From Auanema rhodensis (Eukaryota > Animalia > Nematoda): a stretch of 64,000 nucleotides of DNA. Below, piece by piece: positions 52,262 to 64,000 of the stretch (within the stretch, counting starts at the first letter, position 1; every line of letters starts with the position of its first letter). Location of the stretch: NCBI GenBank assembly GCA_964057225.1, contig OZ059900.1:4092001-4156000 (forward strand). Reading direction: 5' to 3'. The position numbers and the translations under genes are program-made. A model generated the notes under the pieces. The model made no database searches. It was not told the DNA's origin and saw nothing but the letters and a program-made list of their open reading frames with translations.

Positions 52262-52318
52262 TATTCAGAAATACTTCCCCGAAGACATATGGTATCAAAA
52301 TTTCGTTCCTCTCTCATT

Positions 52319-52936
52319 TACTTGATTGATTCTGTCAGCGCTGTATGCTCAAGTAAAAGATTAAGCCATGCATGTATAAAGTTCATCATTTTTGAGAAAC
52401 TGCAATAGGCTCACAGCTCAGAGACCAAAAAAATTTCCAAGTCCAAAAAAAATTTTTTTTTCAACATGTTTTCACGATACTCTCAAAACATTTTTTACAC
52501 ATTTTTAAAGAGTTTTAACATTGGAATTGAGAAACAAAATTTTTTTTTTACTTGATTGATTCTGTCAGCGCTGTAGCTTTCGTCAAGGATTAAGCCATGC
52601 CAACCGCTCACCGACCACAAAAAAATTTTTTTCACGTACTTGATTGATTCTGTCAGCGCTGTATGCTCAAGTAAAAGATTAAGCCATGCATGTAGAAAGT
52701 TGAACTTTTTAAGCCAAACCGCCAACCGACCAAAAATTTTGTCTAGTCAAAAATTATGGAAATTTTTGAAAAAATATGCAAATTTTTTTTTTCAAAACTA
52801 TTTTTCAGAGTAGTCTTATTCTATTTTCTGACTCTTTTTACATATTTTACACTATATATGAAATATGTTTTGGAAAATTTCCCGATATGGCTTAATCCTT
52901 GAGGAAAGCTACAGCGCTGACAGAATCAATCAAGTA
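52319..52936. repeat. Cluster of four 18S 5'-end copies
   Basis: As 6817-7434. Confidence 0.9.
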
Positions 52937-53186
52937 AAATTTGCCATTTTTATCAAAATTTTTGATTTTTTAAATTAAAATTCTCGGGTGACCATTTATA
53001 TGCGCTTTTTTTTGAAAAATGGTTCCAATATTCCAATAAAGTATACTTTTTCTTACAAATAAAGTATACCTTTTCTTACAAATAAAGTATACCTTTTTTA
53101 AAATAAGGTATCAATATTGCTATCGCTATATACAATCAATAAAACGTTATTTGAAACAAGAATAAGGTATACTTTCAGGTATAAAA

Positions 53187-53257
53187 CAAAACATCCAATC
53201 AAAGGATAGTCTCAACAGATCGCAGTTTATAAAGACTGCTCTACTGGATACAACACC
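53187..53257 (-). rRNA. 28S rRNA: 28S 3' tip, unit 17
   Basis: Same as unit 1. Confidence 0.85.
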
Positions 53258-54103
53258 TACGAATGCCCCCGAATCGTCCCTATTAATCATTAATTCGACT
53301 CTCAAACCAATAAATAGAACCGAAGTCCTCTTTTATTATTCCATGATAGCACATACAAGCAATCGCTTGCTTTGAGCGCTTTGATTTATTCAAAGTAAAC
53401 TCGCCAGCCAGTATACACACCGAAGTACATACACAAAACCGACAAAATAGACACATCTATGATTACCGGCAAGCCGTATCACAGAAAATGCCTCAGATCC
53501 AACTACGAGCTTTTTAACTACAGCAATAACGTTTTACACTAGTGGAGCTGGAATTACCGCGGCTGCTGGCACCAGACTTGCCCTCCACTGGGTCCTTGTA
53601 GAGCTATTTAAGCTCAGCTCAGTGAAATAATCAATCTAAAAAGATTGATCTTTTTATTTTTAGTTACTATCTCACTGAAGTAGTGGATAAGTTACGCGCC
53701 TGCTGCCTTCCTTGGATGTGGTAGCCGTTTCTAAGGCTCCCTCTCCGGAGTCGAACCCTAATTCTCCGTTACCCGTGATCACCATGGTAAAACTCTATAT
53801 TACCATCAGGTTGATAGGGCAAACATTAATCTCGAAAAAAGACAGTAAAACCGTCGATTAACTGGGTTATTCAGAGTCAACAAACATTAAATTGGTTTGT
53901 ACTAATAACTGCGTTGAACTTGGGAAGAAGAACAACTATTAAGCATGTATTAGCTCCAGAATTACCACAGTTATCCATAGAAATCGAGAAAAATCATATC
54001 TGCTCTAATGAGCCGTTCGCAGTTTCTCAAAAATAATGAACTTTATACATGCATGGCTTAATCTTTTACTTGAGCATACAGCGCTGACAGAATCAATCAG
54101 ATT
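53258..54103 (-). rRNA. 18S rRNA: Partial 18S, unit 17 (+2-bp V4 variant)
   Basis: Same variant as unit 12. Confidence 0.95.
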
Positions 54104-54410
54104 CGCAATAGAGAATCCATTATTTCTTACTAAACAATATAAATATCGAGAAGTAGAATAATTTTTTTTTCCCAATTCACCAAAAAAATTAAGAAAGTTG
54201 AAAAATCACACAGAAACGACACATTATAGAAAATATTCACATTTTTCAATGTGAACAAGTAAAATTGCAGATAACGAAAATTATTGTAAAAATTTTCTCC
54301 TGCTACCTTACGATTGTGATATCGTTTCGGTGAATAGTGTAACAATCTTCAGATATTATTTCATAATGTTTATATTCCGATGAAACATTCCAGTAAAAAT
54401 TTTATGTAAA

Positions 54411-55001
54411 ATACTTTTCCTGCAAAAATACACCTACAAACTACTTTTCCTGCAAAATTACACGAAAAAAAATTTTTCCTGCAAAAATACACAAAGAAAA
54501 AGTTTTCATGTATAAATACACGAAAAATAATTTTTCCTGCAAAAATACACAAAGAAAAAGTTTTCATGTATAAATACACAAAGAAAAAGTTTTCATGTAT
54601 AAATACACGAAGAAACTACTTTTCCTGCAAAAATACACAAAGAAAAAGTTTTCATGTATAAATACACGAAAAATAATTTTTCCTGCAAAAATACACAAAG
54701 AAAAAGTTTTCATGTATAAATACACAAAGAAAAAGTTTTCATGTATAAATACACGAAGAAACTACTTTTCCTGCAAAAATACACAAAGAAAAAGTTTTCA
54801 TGTATAAATACACGAAAAAAAGTTTTTCCTGCAAAAATACACGAAGAAACTACTTTTACCGCAAAAATACACGAAGAAACTACTTTTCCTGCAAAAATAC
54901 ACCTACAAATTACATTTCCTGCAAATATACACGAAAAAAAATTTTTCCTGCAAAAATACACGAAAAAAAATTTTTCCTGCAAAAATACACGAAAAAAAAT
55001 T
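54411..55001. repeat. 29/30-bp minisatellite, unit 17 (right end deleted)
   Basis: Same deletion junction as unit 12. Confidence 0.95.
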
Positions 55002-55226
55002 TTGATTTTTTAAATTAAAATTCTCGGGTGACCATTTATATGCGCTTTTTTTTGAAAAATGGTTCCAATATTCCAATAAAGTATACTTTTTCTTACAAAT
55101 AAAGTATACCTTTTCTTACAAATAAAGTATACCTTTTTTAAAATAAGGTATCAATATTGCTATCGCTATATACAATCAATAAAACGTTATTTGAAACAAG
55201 AATAAGGTATACTTTCAGGTATAAAA

Positions 55227-55297
55227 CAAAACATCCAATCAAAGGATAGTCTCAACAGATCGCAGTTTATAAAGACTGCTCTACTGGATACAACACC
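55227..55297 (-). rRNA. 28S rRNA: 28S 3' tip, unit 18
   Basis: Same as unit 1. Confidence 0.85.
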
Positions 55298-56141
55298 TAC
55301 GAATGCCCCCGAATCGTCCCTATTAATCATTAATTCGACTCTCAAACCAATAAATAGAACCGAAGTCCTCTTTTATTATTCCATGATAGCACAAACAAGC
55401 AATCGCTTGCTTTGAGCGCTTTGATTTATTCAAAGTAAACCCGAGCCAGTATACACACCGAAGTACATACACAAAACCGACAAAATAGACACATCTATGA
55501 TTACCGGCAAGCCGTATCACAGAAAATGCCTCAGATCCAACTACGAGCTTTTTAACTACAGCAATAACGTTTTACACTAGTGGAGCTGGAATTACCGCGG
55601 CTGCTGGCACCAGACTTGCCCTCCACTGGGTCCTTGTAGAGCTATTTAAGCTCAGCTCAGTGAAATAATCAATCTAAAAAGATTGATCTTTTTATTTTTA
55701 GTTACTATCTCACTGAAGTAGTGGATAAGTTACGCGCCTGCTGCCTTCCTTGGATGTGGTAGCCGTTTCTAAGGCTCCCTCTCCGGAGTCGAACCCTAAT
55801 TCTCCGTTACCCGTGATCACCATGGTAAAACTCTATATTACCATCAGGTTGATAGGGCAAACATTAATCTCGAAAAAAGACAGTAAAACCGTCGATTAAC
55901 TGGGTTATTCAGAGTCAACAAACATTAAATTGGTTTGTACTAATAACTGCGTTGAACTTGGGAAGAAGAACAACTATTAAGCATGTATTAGCTCCAGAAT
56001 TACCACAGTTATCCATAGAAATCGAGAAAAATCATATCTGCTCTAATGAGCCGTTCGCAGTTTCTCAAAAATAATGAACTTTATACATGCATGGCTTAAT
56101 CTTTTACTTGAGCATACAGCGCTGACAGAATCAATCAGATT
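55298..56141 (-). rRNA. 18S rRNA: Partial 18S, unit 18
   Basis: Near-identical to unit 1. Confidence 0.95.
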
Positions 56142-56448
56142 CGCAATAGAGAATCCATTATTTCTTACTAAACAATATAAATATCGAGAAGTAGAATAAT
56201 TTTTTTTTCCCAATTCACCAAAAAAATTAAGAAAGTTGAAAAATCACACAGAAACGACACATTATAGAAAATATTCACATTTTTCAATGTGAACAAGTAA
56301 AATTGCAGATAACGAAAATTATTGTAAAAATTTTCTCCTGCTACCTTACGATTGTGATATCGTTTCGGTGAATAGTGTAACAATCTTCAGATATTATTTC
56401 ATAATGTTTATATTCCGATGAAACATTCCCGTAAAAATTTTATGTAAA

Positions 56449-57656
56449 ATACTTTTCCTGCAAAAATACACCTACAAACTACTTTTCCTGCAAAATTACA
56501 CGAAAAAAAATTTTTCCTGCAAAAATACACAAAGAAAAAGTTTTCATGTATAAATACACGAAAAATAATTTTTCCTGCAAAAATACACAAAGAAAAAGTT
56601 TTCATGTATAAATACACAAAGAAAAAGTTTTCATGTATAAATACACGAAGAAACTACTTTTCCTGCAAAAATACACAAAGAAAAAGTTTTCATGTATAAA
56701 TACACGAAGAAACTACTTTTCCTGCAAAAATACACAAAGAAAAAGTTTTCATGTATAAATACACGAAAAAAAGTTTTTCCTGCAAAAATACACGAAGAAA
56801 CTACTTTTACCGCAAAAATACACGAAGAAACTACTTTTCCTGCAAAAATACACCTACAAATTACATTTCCTGCAAAAATACACGAAAAAAAAATTTTCCT
56901 GCAAAAATACACAAAGAAAAAGTTTTCATGTATAAACACACGAAAAAAAATTTTTCCTGCAAAAATACACGAAGAAACTACTTTTCTTGCAAAAATACAC
57001 AAAGAAAAAGTTTTCCTGCAAATATACACGAAAAAAAATTTTTCCTGCAAAAATACACGAAAAAAAATTTTTCCTGCAAAAATACACGAAGAAACTACTT
57101 TTCCTGCAAAAATACATGAAAAAAATTTTTCCTGCAAAAATACACGAAGAAACTACTTTTCCTGCAAAAATACACGAAAAAAATTTTTCCTGCAAAAATA
57201 CACGAAGAAACTACTTTTCCTGCAAAAATACACGAAAAAAATTTTTCCTGCAAAAATACACGAAGAAACTACTTTTCTTGCAAAAATACACAAAGAAAAA
57301 GTTTTCCTGCAAATATACACGAAAAAAAATTTTTCCTGCAAAAATACACGAAAAAAAATTTTTCCTGCAAAAATACACGAAGAAACTACTTTTCCTGCAA
57401 AAATACACTAAGAAAAAGTTTTCATGTATAAATACACGAAAAAAAAATTTTCCTGCAAAAATACACGAAGAAACTACTTTTCCCGCAAAAATACACGAAA
57501 AAAATTTTTTCCTGCAAAAATACACGAAAAAAAATTTTTCCTACAAAAATACACAAAAAAAAATTTTTCCCTGCAAAAATTCTAAAAAAAAATTTTTCCC
57601 TTGTAAAAATTCACTAAAAAATTTTTCTCCCTGCAAAAATGCGAAAAAAAAAAATT
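56449..57656. repeat. 29/30-bp minisatellite, unit 18
   Basis: Same length and pattern as unit 13. Confidence 0.95.
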
Positions 57657-57713
57657 TATTCAGAAATACTTCCCCGAAGACATATGGTATCAAAATTTCG
57701 TTCCTCTCTCATT

Positions 57714-58331
57714 TACTTGATTGATTCTGTCAGCGCTGTATGCTCAAGTAAAAGATTAAGCCATGCATGTATAAAGTTCATCATTTTTGAGAAACTGCAA
57801 TAGGCTCACAGCTCAGAGACCAAAAAAATTTCCAAGTCCAAAAAAAATTTTTTTTTCAACATGTTTTCACGATACTCTCAAAACATTTTTTACACATTTT
57901 TAAAGAGTTTTAACATTGGAATTGAGAAACAAAATTTTTTTTTTACTTGATTGATTCTGTCAGCGCTGTAGCTTTCGTCAAGGATTAAGCCATGCCAACC
58001 GCTCACCGACCACAAAAAAATTTTTTTCACGTACTTGATTGATTCTGTCAGCGCTGTATGCTCAAGTAAAAGATTAAGCCATGCATGTAGAAAGTTGAAC
58101 TTTTTAAGCCAAACCGCCAACCGACCAAAAATTTTTTCTAGTCAAAAATTATGGAAATTTTTGAAAAAATATGCAAATTTTTTTTTTCAAAACTATTTTT
58201 CAGAGTAGTCTTATTCTATTTTCTGACTCTTTTTACATATTTTACACTATATATGAAATATGTTTTGGAAAATTTCCCGATATGGCTTAATCCTTGAGGA
58301 AAGCTACAGCGCTGACAGAATCAATCAAGTA
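57714..58331. repeat. Cluster of four 18S 5'-end copies
   Basis: As 6817-7434. Confidence 0.9.
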
Positions 58332-58581
58332 AAATTTGCCATTTTTATCAAAATTTTTGATTTTTTAAATTAAAATTCTCGGGTGACCATTTATATGCGC
58401 TTTTTTTTGAAAAATGGTTCCAATATTCCAATAAAGTATACTTTTTCTTACAAATAAAGTATACCATTTCTTACAAATAAAGTATACCTTTTTTAAAATA
58501 AGGTATCAATATTGCTATCGCTATATACAATCAATAAAACGTTATTTGAAACAAGAATAAGGTATACTTTCAGGTATAAAA

Positions 58582-58652
58582 CAAAACATCCAATCAAAGG
58601 ATAGTCTCAACAGATCGCAGTTTATAAAGACTGCTCTACTGGATACAACACC
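58582..58652 (-). rRNA. 28S rRNA: 28S 3' tip, unit 19
   Basis: Same as unit 1. Confidence 0.85.
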
Positions 58653-59496
58653 TACGAATGCCCCCGAATCGTCCCTATTAATCATTAATTCGACTCTCAA
58701 ACCAATAAATAGAACCGAAGTCCTCTTTTATTATTCCATGATAGCACAAACAAGCAATCGCTTGCTTTGAGCGCTTTGATTTATTCAAAGTAAACCCGAG
58801 CCAGTATACACACCGAAGTACATACACAAAACCGACAAAATAGACACATCTATGATTACCGGCAAGCCGTATCACAGAAAATGCCTCAGATCCAACTACG
58901 AGCTTTTTAACTACAGCAATAACGTTTTACACTAGTGGAGCTGGAATTACCGCGGCTGCTGGCACCAGACTTGCCCTCCACTGGGTCCTTGTAGAGCTAT
59001 TTAAGCTCAGCTCAGTGAAATAATCAATCTAAAAAGATTGATCTTTTTATTTTTAGTTACTATCTCACTGAAGTAGTGGATAAGTTACGCGCCTGCTGCC
59101 TTCCTTGGATGTGGTAGCCGTTTCTAAGGCTCCCTCTCCGGAGTCGAACCCTAATTCTCCGTTACCCGTGATCACCATGGTAAAACTCTATATTACCATC
59201 AGGTTGATAGGGCAAACATTAATCTCGAAAAAAGACAGTAAAACCGTCGATTAACTGGGTTATTCAGAGTCAACAAACATTAAATTGGTTTGTACTAATA
59301 ACTGCGTTGAACTTGGGAAGAAGAACAACTATTAAGCATGTATTAGCTCCAGAATTACCACAGTTATCCATAGAAATCGAGAAAAATCATATCTGCTCTA
59401 ATGAGCCGTTCGCAGTTTCTCAAAAATAATGAACTTTATACATGCATGGCTTAATCTTTTACTTGAGCATACAGCGCTGACAGAATCAATCAGATT
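58653..59496 (-). rRNA. 18S rRNA: Partial 18S, unit 19
   Basis: Near-identical to unit 1. Confidence 0.95.
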
Positions 59497-59803
59497 CGCA
59501 ATAGAGAATCCATTATTTCTTACTAAACAATATAAATATCGAGAAGTAGAATAATTTTTTTTTCCCAATTCACCAAAAAAATTAAGAAAGTTGAAAAATC
59601 ACACAGAAACGACACATTATAGAAAATATTCACATTTTTCAATGTGAACAAGTAAAATTGCAGATAACGAAAATTATTGTAAAAATTTTCTCCTGCTACC
59701 TTACGATTGTGATATCGTTTCGGTGAATAGTGTAACAATCTTCAGATATTATTTCATAATGTTTATATTCCGATGAAACATTCCCGTAAAAATTTTATGT
59801 AAA

Positions 59804-60865
59804 ATACTTTTCCTGCAAAAATACACCTACAAACTACTTTTCCTGCAAAATTACACGAAAAAAAATTTTTCCTGCAAAAATACACAAAGAAAAAGTTTTC
59901 CTGCAAAAATACACGAAAAAAAATTTTTCCTGCAAAAATACACGAAGAAACTACTTTTCCTGCAAAAATACATGAAAAAAATTTTTCCTGCAAAAATACA
60001 CGAAGAAACTACTTTTCCTGCAAAAATACACGAAAAAAATTTTTCCTGCAAAAATACACGAAGAAACTACTTTTCCTGCAAAAATACACGAAAAAAATTT
60101 TTCCTGCAAAAATACACGAAGAAACTACTTTTCCTGCAAAAATACACTAAGAAAAAGTTTTCATGTATAAATACACAAAGAAAAAGTTTTCATGTATAAA
60201 TACACGAAGAAACTACTTTTCCTGCAAAAATACACAAAGAAAAAGTTTTCATGTATAAATACACGAAAAAAAATTTTTCCTGCAAAAATACACGAAGAAA
60301 CTACTTTTACCGCAAAAATACACGAAGAAACTACTTTTCCTGCAAAAATACACCTACAAATTACATTTCCTGCAAAAATACACGAAAAAAAATTTTTCCT
60401 GCAAAAATACACAAAGAAAAAGTTTTCATGTATAAACACACGAAAAAAAATTTTTCCTGCAAAAATACACGAAGAAACTACATTTCTTGCAAAAATACAC
60501 AAAGAAAAAGTTTTCCTGCAAATATACACGAAAAAAAATTTTTCCTGCAAAAATACACGAAAAAAAATTTTTCCTGCAAAAATACACGAAGAAACTACTT
60601 TTCCTGCAAAAATACACTAAGAAAAAGTTTTCATGTATAAATACACGAAAAAAAAATTTTCCTGCAAAAATACACGAAGAAACTACTTTTCCCGCAAAAA
60701 TACACGAAAAAAATTTTTTCCTGCAAAAATACACGAAAAAAAATTTTTCCTACAAAAATACACAAAAAAAAATTTTTCCCTGCAAAAATTCTAAAAAAAA
60801 ATTTTTCCCTTGTAAAAATTCACTAAAAAATTTTTCTCCCTGCAAAAATGCGAAAAAAAAAAATT
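59804..60865. repeat. 29/30-bp minisatellite, unit 19
   Basis: Same monomers. Confidence 0.95.
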
Positions 60866-60922
60866 TATTCAGAAATACTTCCCCGAAGACATATGGTATC
60901 AAAATTTCGTTCCTCTCTCATT

Positions 60923-61540
60923 TACTTGATTGATTCTGTCAGCGCTGTATGCTCAAGTAAAAGATTAAGCCATGCATGTATAAAGTTCATCATTTTTGAG
61001 AAACTGCGATAGGCTCACAGCTCAGAGACCAAAAAAATTTCCAAGTCCAAAAAAAATTTTTTTTTCAACATGTTTTCACGATACTCTCAAAACATTTTTT
61101 ACACATTTTTAAAGAGTTTTAACATTGGAATTGAGAAACAAAATTTTTTTTTTACTTGATTGATTCTGTCAGCGCTGTAGCTTTCGTCAAGGATTAAGCC
61201 ATGCCAACCGCTCACCGACCACAAAAAAATTTTTTTCACGTACTTGATTGATTCTGTCAGCGCTGTATGCTCAAGTAAAAGATTAAGCCATGCATGTAGA
61301 AAGTTGAACTTTTTAAGCCAAACCGCCAACCGACCAAAAATTTTTTCTAGTCAAAAATTATGGAAATTTTTGAAAAAATATGCAAATTTTTTTTTTCAAA
61401 ACTATTTTTCAGAGTAGTCTTATTCTATTTTCTGACTCTTTTTACATATTTTACACTATATATGAAATATGTTTTGGAAAATTTCCCGATATGGCTTAAT
61501 CCTTGAGGAAAGCTACAGCGCTGACAGAATCAATCAAGTA
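60923..61540. repeat. Cluster of four 18S 5'-end copies
   Basis: As 6817-7434. Confidence 0.9.
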
Positions 61541-61790
61541 AAATTTGCCATTTTTATCAAAATTTTTGATTTTTTAAATTAAAATTCTCGGGTGACCATT
61601 TATATGCGCTTTTTTTTGAAAAATGGTTCCAATATTCCAATAAAGTATACTTTTTCTTACAAATAAAGTATACCTTTTCTTACAAATAAAGTATACCTTT
61701 TTTAAAATAAGGTATCAATATTGCTATCGCTATATACAATCAATAAAACGTTATTTGAAACAAGAATAAGGTATACTTTCAGGTATAAAA

Positions 61791-61861
61791 CAAAACATCC
61801 AATCAAAGGATAGTCTCAACAGATCGCAGTTTATAAAGACTGCTCTACTGGATACAACACC
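61791..61861 (-). rRNA. 28S rRNA: 28S 3' tip, unit 20
   Basis: Same as unit 1. Confidence 0.85.
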
Positions 61862-62705
61862 TACGAATGCCCCCGAATCGTCCCTATTAATCATTAATTC
61901 GACTCTCAAACCAATAAATAGAACCGAAGTCCTCTTTTATTATTCCATGATAGCACATACAAGCAATCGCTTGCTTTGAGCGCTTTGATTTATTCAAAGT
62001 AAACCCGAGCCAGTATACACACCGAAGTACATACACAAAACCGACAAAATAGACACATCTATGATTACCGGCAAGCCGTATCACAGAAAATGACTCAGAT
62101 CCAACTACGAGCTTTTTAACTACAGCAATAACGTTTTACACTAGTGGAGCTGGAATTACCGCGGCTGCTGGCACCAGACTTGCCCTCCACTGGGTCCTTG
62201 TAGAGCTATTTAAGCTCAGCTCAGTGAAATAATCAATCTAAAAAGATTGATCTTTTTATTTTTAGTTACTATCTCACTGAAGTAGTGGATAAGTTACGCG
62301 CCTGCTGCCTTCCTTGGATGTGGTAGCCGTTTCTAAGGCTCCCTCTCCGGAGTCGAACCCTAATTCTCCGTTACCCGTGATCACCATGGTAAAACTCTAT
62401 ATTACCATCAGGTTGATAGGGCAAACATTAATCTCGAAAAAAGACAGTAAAACCGTCGATTAACTGGGTTATTCAGAGTCAACAAACATTAAATTGGTTT
62501 GTACTAATAACTGCGTTGAACTTGGGAAGAAGAACAACTATTAAGCATGTATTAGCTCCAGAATTACCACAGTTATCCATAGAAATCGAGAAAAATCATA
62601 TCTGCTCTAATGAGCCGTTCGCAGTTTCTCAAAAATAATGAACTTTATACATGCATGGCTTAATCTTTTACTTGAGCATACAGCGCTGACAGAATCAATC
62701 AGATT
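61862..62705 (-). rRNA. 18S rRNA: Partial 18S, unit 20
   Basis: Near-identical to unit 1. Confidence 0.95.
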
Positions 62706-63012
62706 CGCAATAGAGAATCCATTATTTCTTACTAAACAATATAAATATCGAGAAGTAGAATAATTTTTTTTTCCCAATTCACCAAAAAAATTAAGAAAGT
62801 TGAAAAATCACACAGAAACGACACATTATAGAAAATATTCACATTTTTCAATGTGAACAAGTAAAATTGCAGATAACGAAAATTATTGTAAAAATTTTCT
62901 CCTGCTACCTTACGATTGTGATATCGTTTCGGTGAATAGTGTAACAATCTTCAGATATTATTTCATAATGTTTATATTCCGATGAAACATTCCAGTAAAA
63001 ATTTTATGTAAA

Positions 63013-63869
63013 ATACTTTTCCTGCAAAAATACACCTACAAACTACTTTTCCTGCAAAATTACACGAAAAAAAATTTTTCCTGCAAAAATACACAAAGAA
63101 AAAGTTTTCATGTATAAATACACGAAAAATAATTTTTCCTGCAAAAATACACAAAGAAAAAGTTTTCATGTATAAATACACAAAGAAAAAGTTTTCATGT
63201 ATAAATACACGAAGAAACTACTTTTCCTGCAAAAATACACAAAGAAAAAGTTTTCATGTATAAATACACGAAAAATAATTTTTCCTGCAAAAATACACAA
63301 AGAAAAAGTTTTCATGTATAAATACACAAAGAAAAAGTTTTCATGTATAAATACACGAAGAAACTACTTTTCCTGCAAAAATACACAAAGAAAAAGTTTT
63401 CATGTATAAATACACGAAAAAAAGTTTTTCCTGCAAAAATACACGAAGAAACTACTTTTACCGCAAAAATACACGAAGAAACTACTTTTCCTGCAAAAAT
63501 ACACCTACAAATTACATTTCCTGCAAAAATACACGAAAAAAAATTTTTCCTGCAAAAATACACAAAGAAAAAGTTTTCATGTATAAACACACGAAAAAAA
63601 ATTTTTCCTGCAAAAATACACGAAGAAACTACTTTTCTTGCAAAAATACACAAAGAAAAAGTTTTCCTGCAAATATACACGAAAAAAAATTTTTCCTGCA
63701 AAAATACACGAAAAAAAATTTTTCCTGCAAAAATACACGAAAAAAAATTTTTCCTACAAAAATACACAAAAAAAAATTTTTCCCTGCAAAAATTCTAAAA
63801 AAAAATTTTTCCCTTGTAAAAATTCACTAAAAAATTTTTCTCCCTGCAAAAATGCGAAAAAAAAAAATT
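63013..63869. repeat. 29/30-bp minisatellite, unit 20
   Basis: Same monomers. Confidence 0.95.
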
Positions 63870-63926
63870 TATTCAGAAATACTTCCCCGAAGACATATGG
63901 TATCAAAATTTCGTTCCTCTCTCATT

Positions 63927-64000
63927 TACTTGATTGATTCTGTCAGCGCTGTATGCTCAAGTAAAAGATTAAGCCATGCATGTATAAAGTTCATCATTTT
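63927..64000 (+). repeat. 18S 5'-end copy A, cut by the window edge
   Basis: TACTTGATTGATTCTGTCAGCGCTGTATGCTCAAGTAAAAGATTAAGCCATGC... Confidence 0.9.

Larger units (their letters stand above)
1..64000 (-). repeat. Tandem array of ~20 internally deleted rDNA units (18S 5' half fused to 28S 3' tip)
   Basis: The same anchor recurs at 1594, 4916, 8626, 12476, 15625, 19391, 22540, 26451, 30328, 33331, 36337, 39343, 41527, 44882, 48501, 51240, 54130, 56168, 59523 and 62732. Periods are 2038-3911 bp. The array runs off both window edges. Confidence 0.97.

Overview
The whole 64 kb window is a head-to-tail tandem array of about 20 units (period 2.0-3.9 kb) of an internally deleted eukaryotic rDNA repeat. 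The 18S sequence points to a rhabditid (clade V) nematode. Read on the minus strand, each unit contains: a length-variable 29/30-bp minisatellite; about 300 bp of putative promoter/5'ETS; the first ~844 nt of 18S rRNA fused directly to the last ~71 nt of 28S rRNA; a 3' flank with 23-bp GTATAC repeats; and a spacer cluster of four short copies of the 18S 5' end (three antisense, one sense). The 3' half of 18S, ITS1, 5.8S, ITS2 and almost all of 28S are absent from every unit. There are no credible protein-coding genes; all listed ORFs are repeat or rRNA artefacts. rRNA identifications rest on recalled motifs, not a database search. Coordinates for units 2-20 were derived from the repeated ORF-track anchors and spot-checked.
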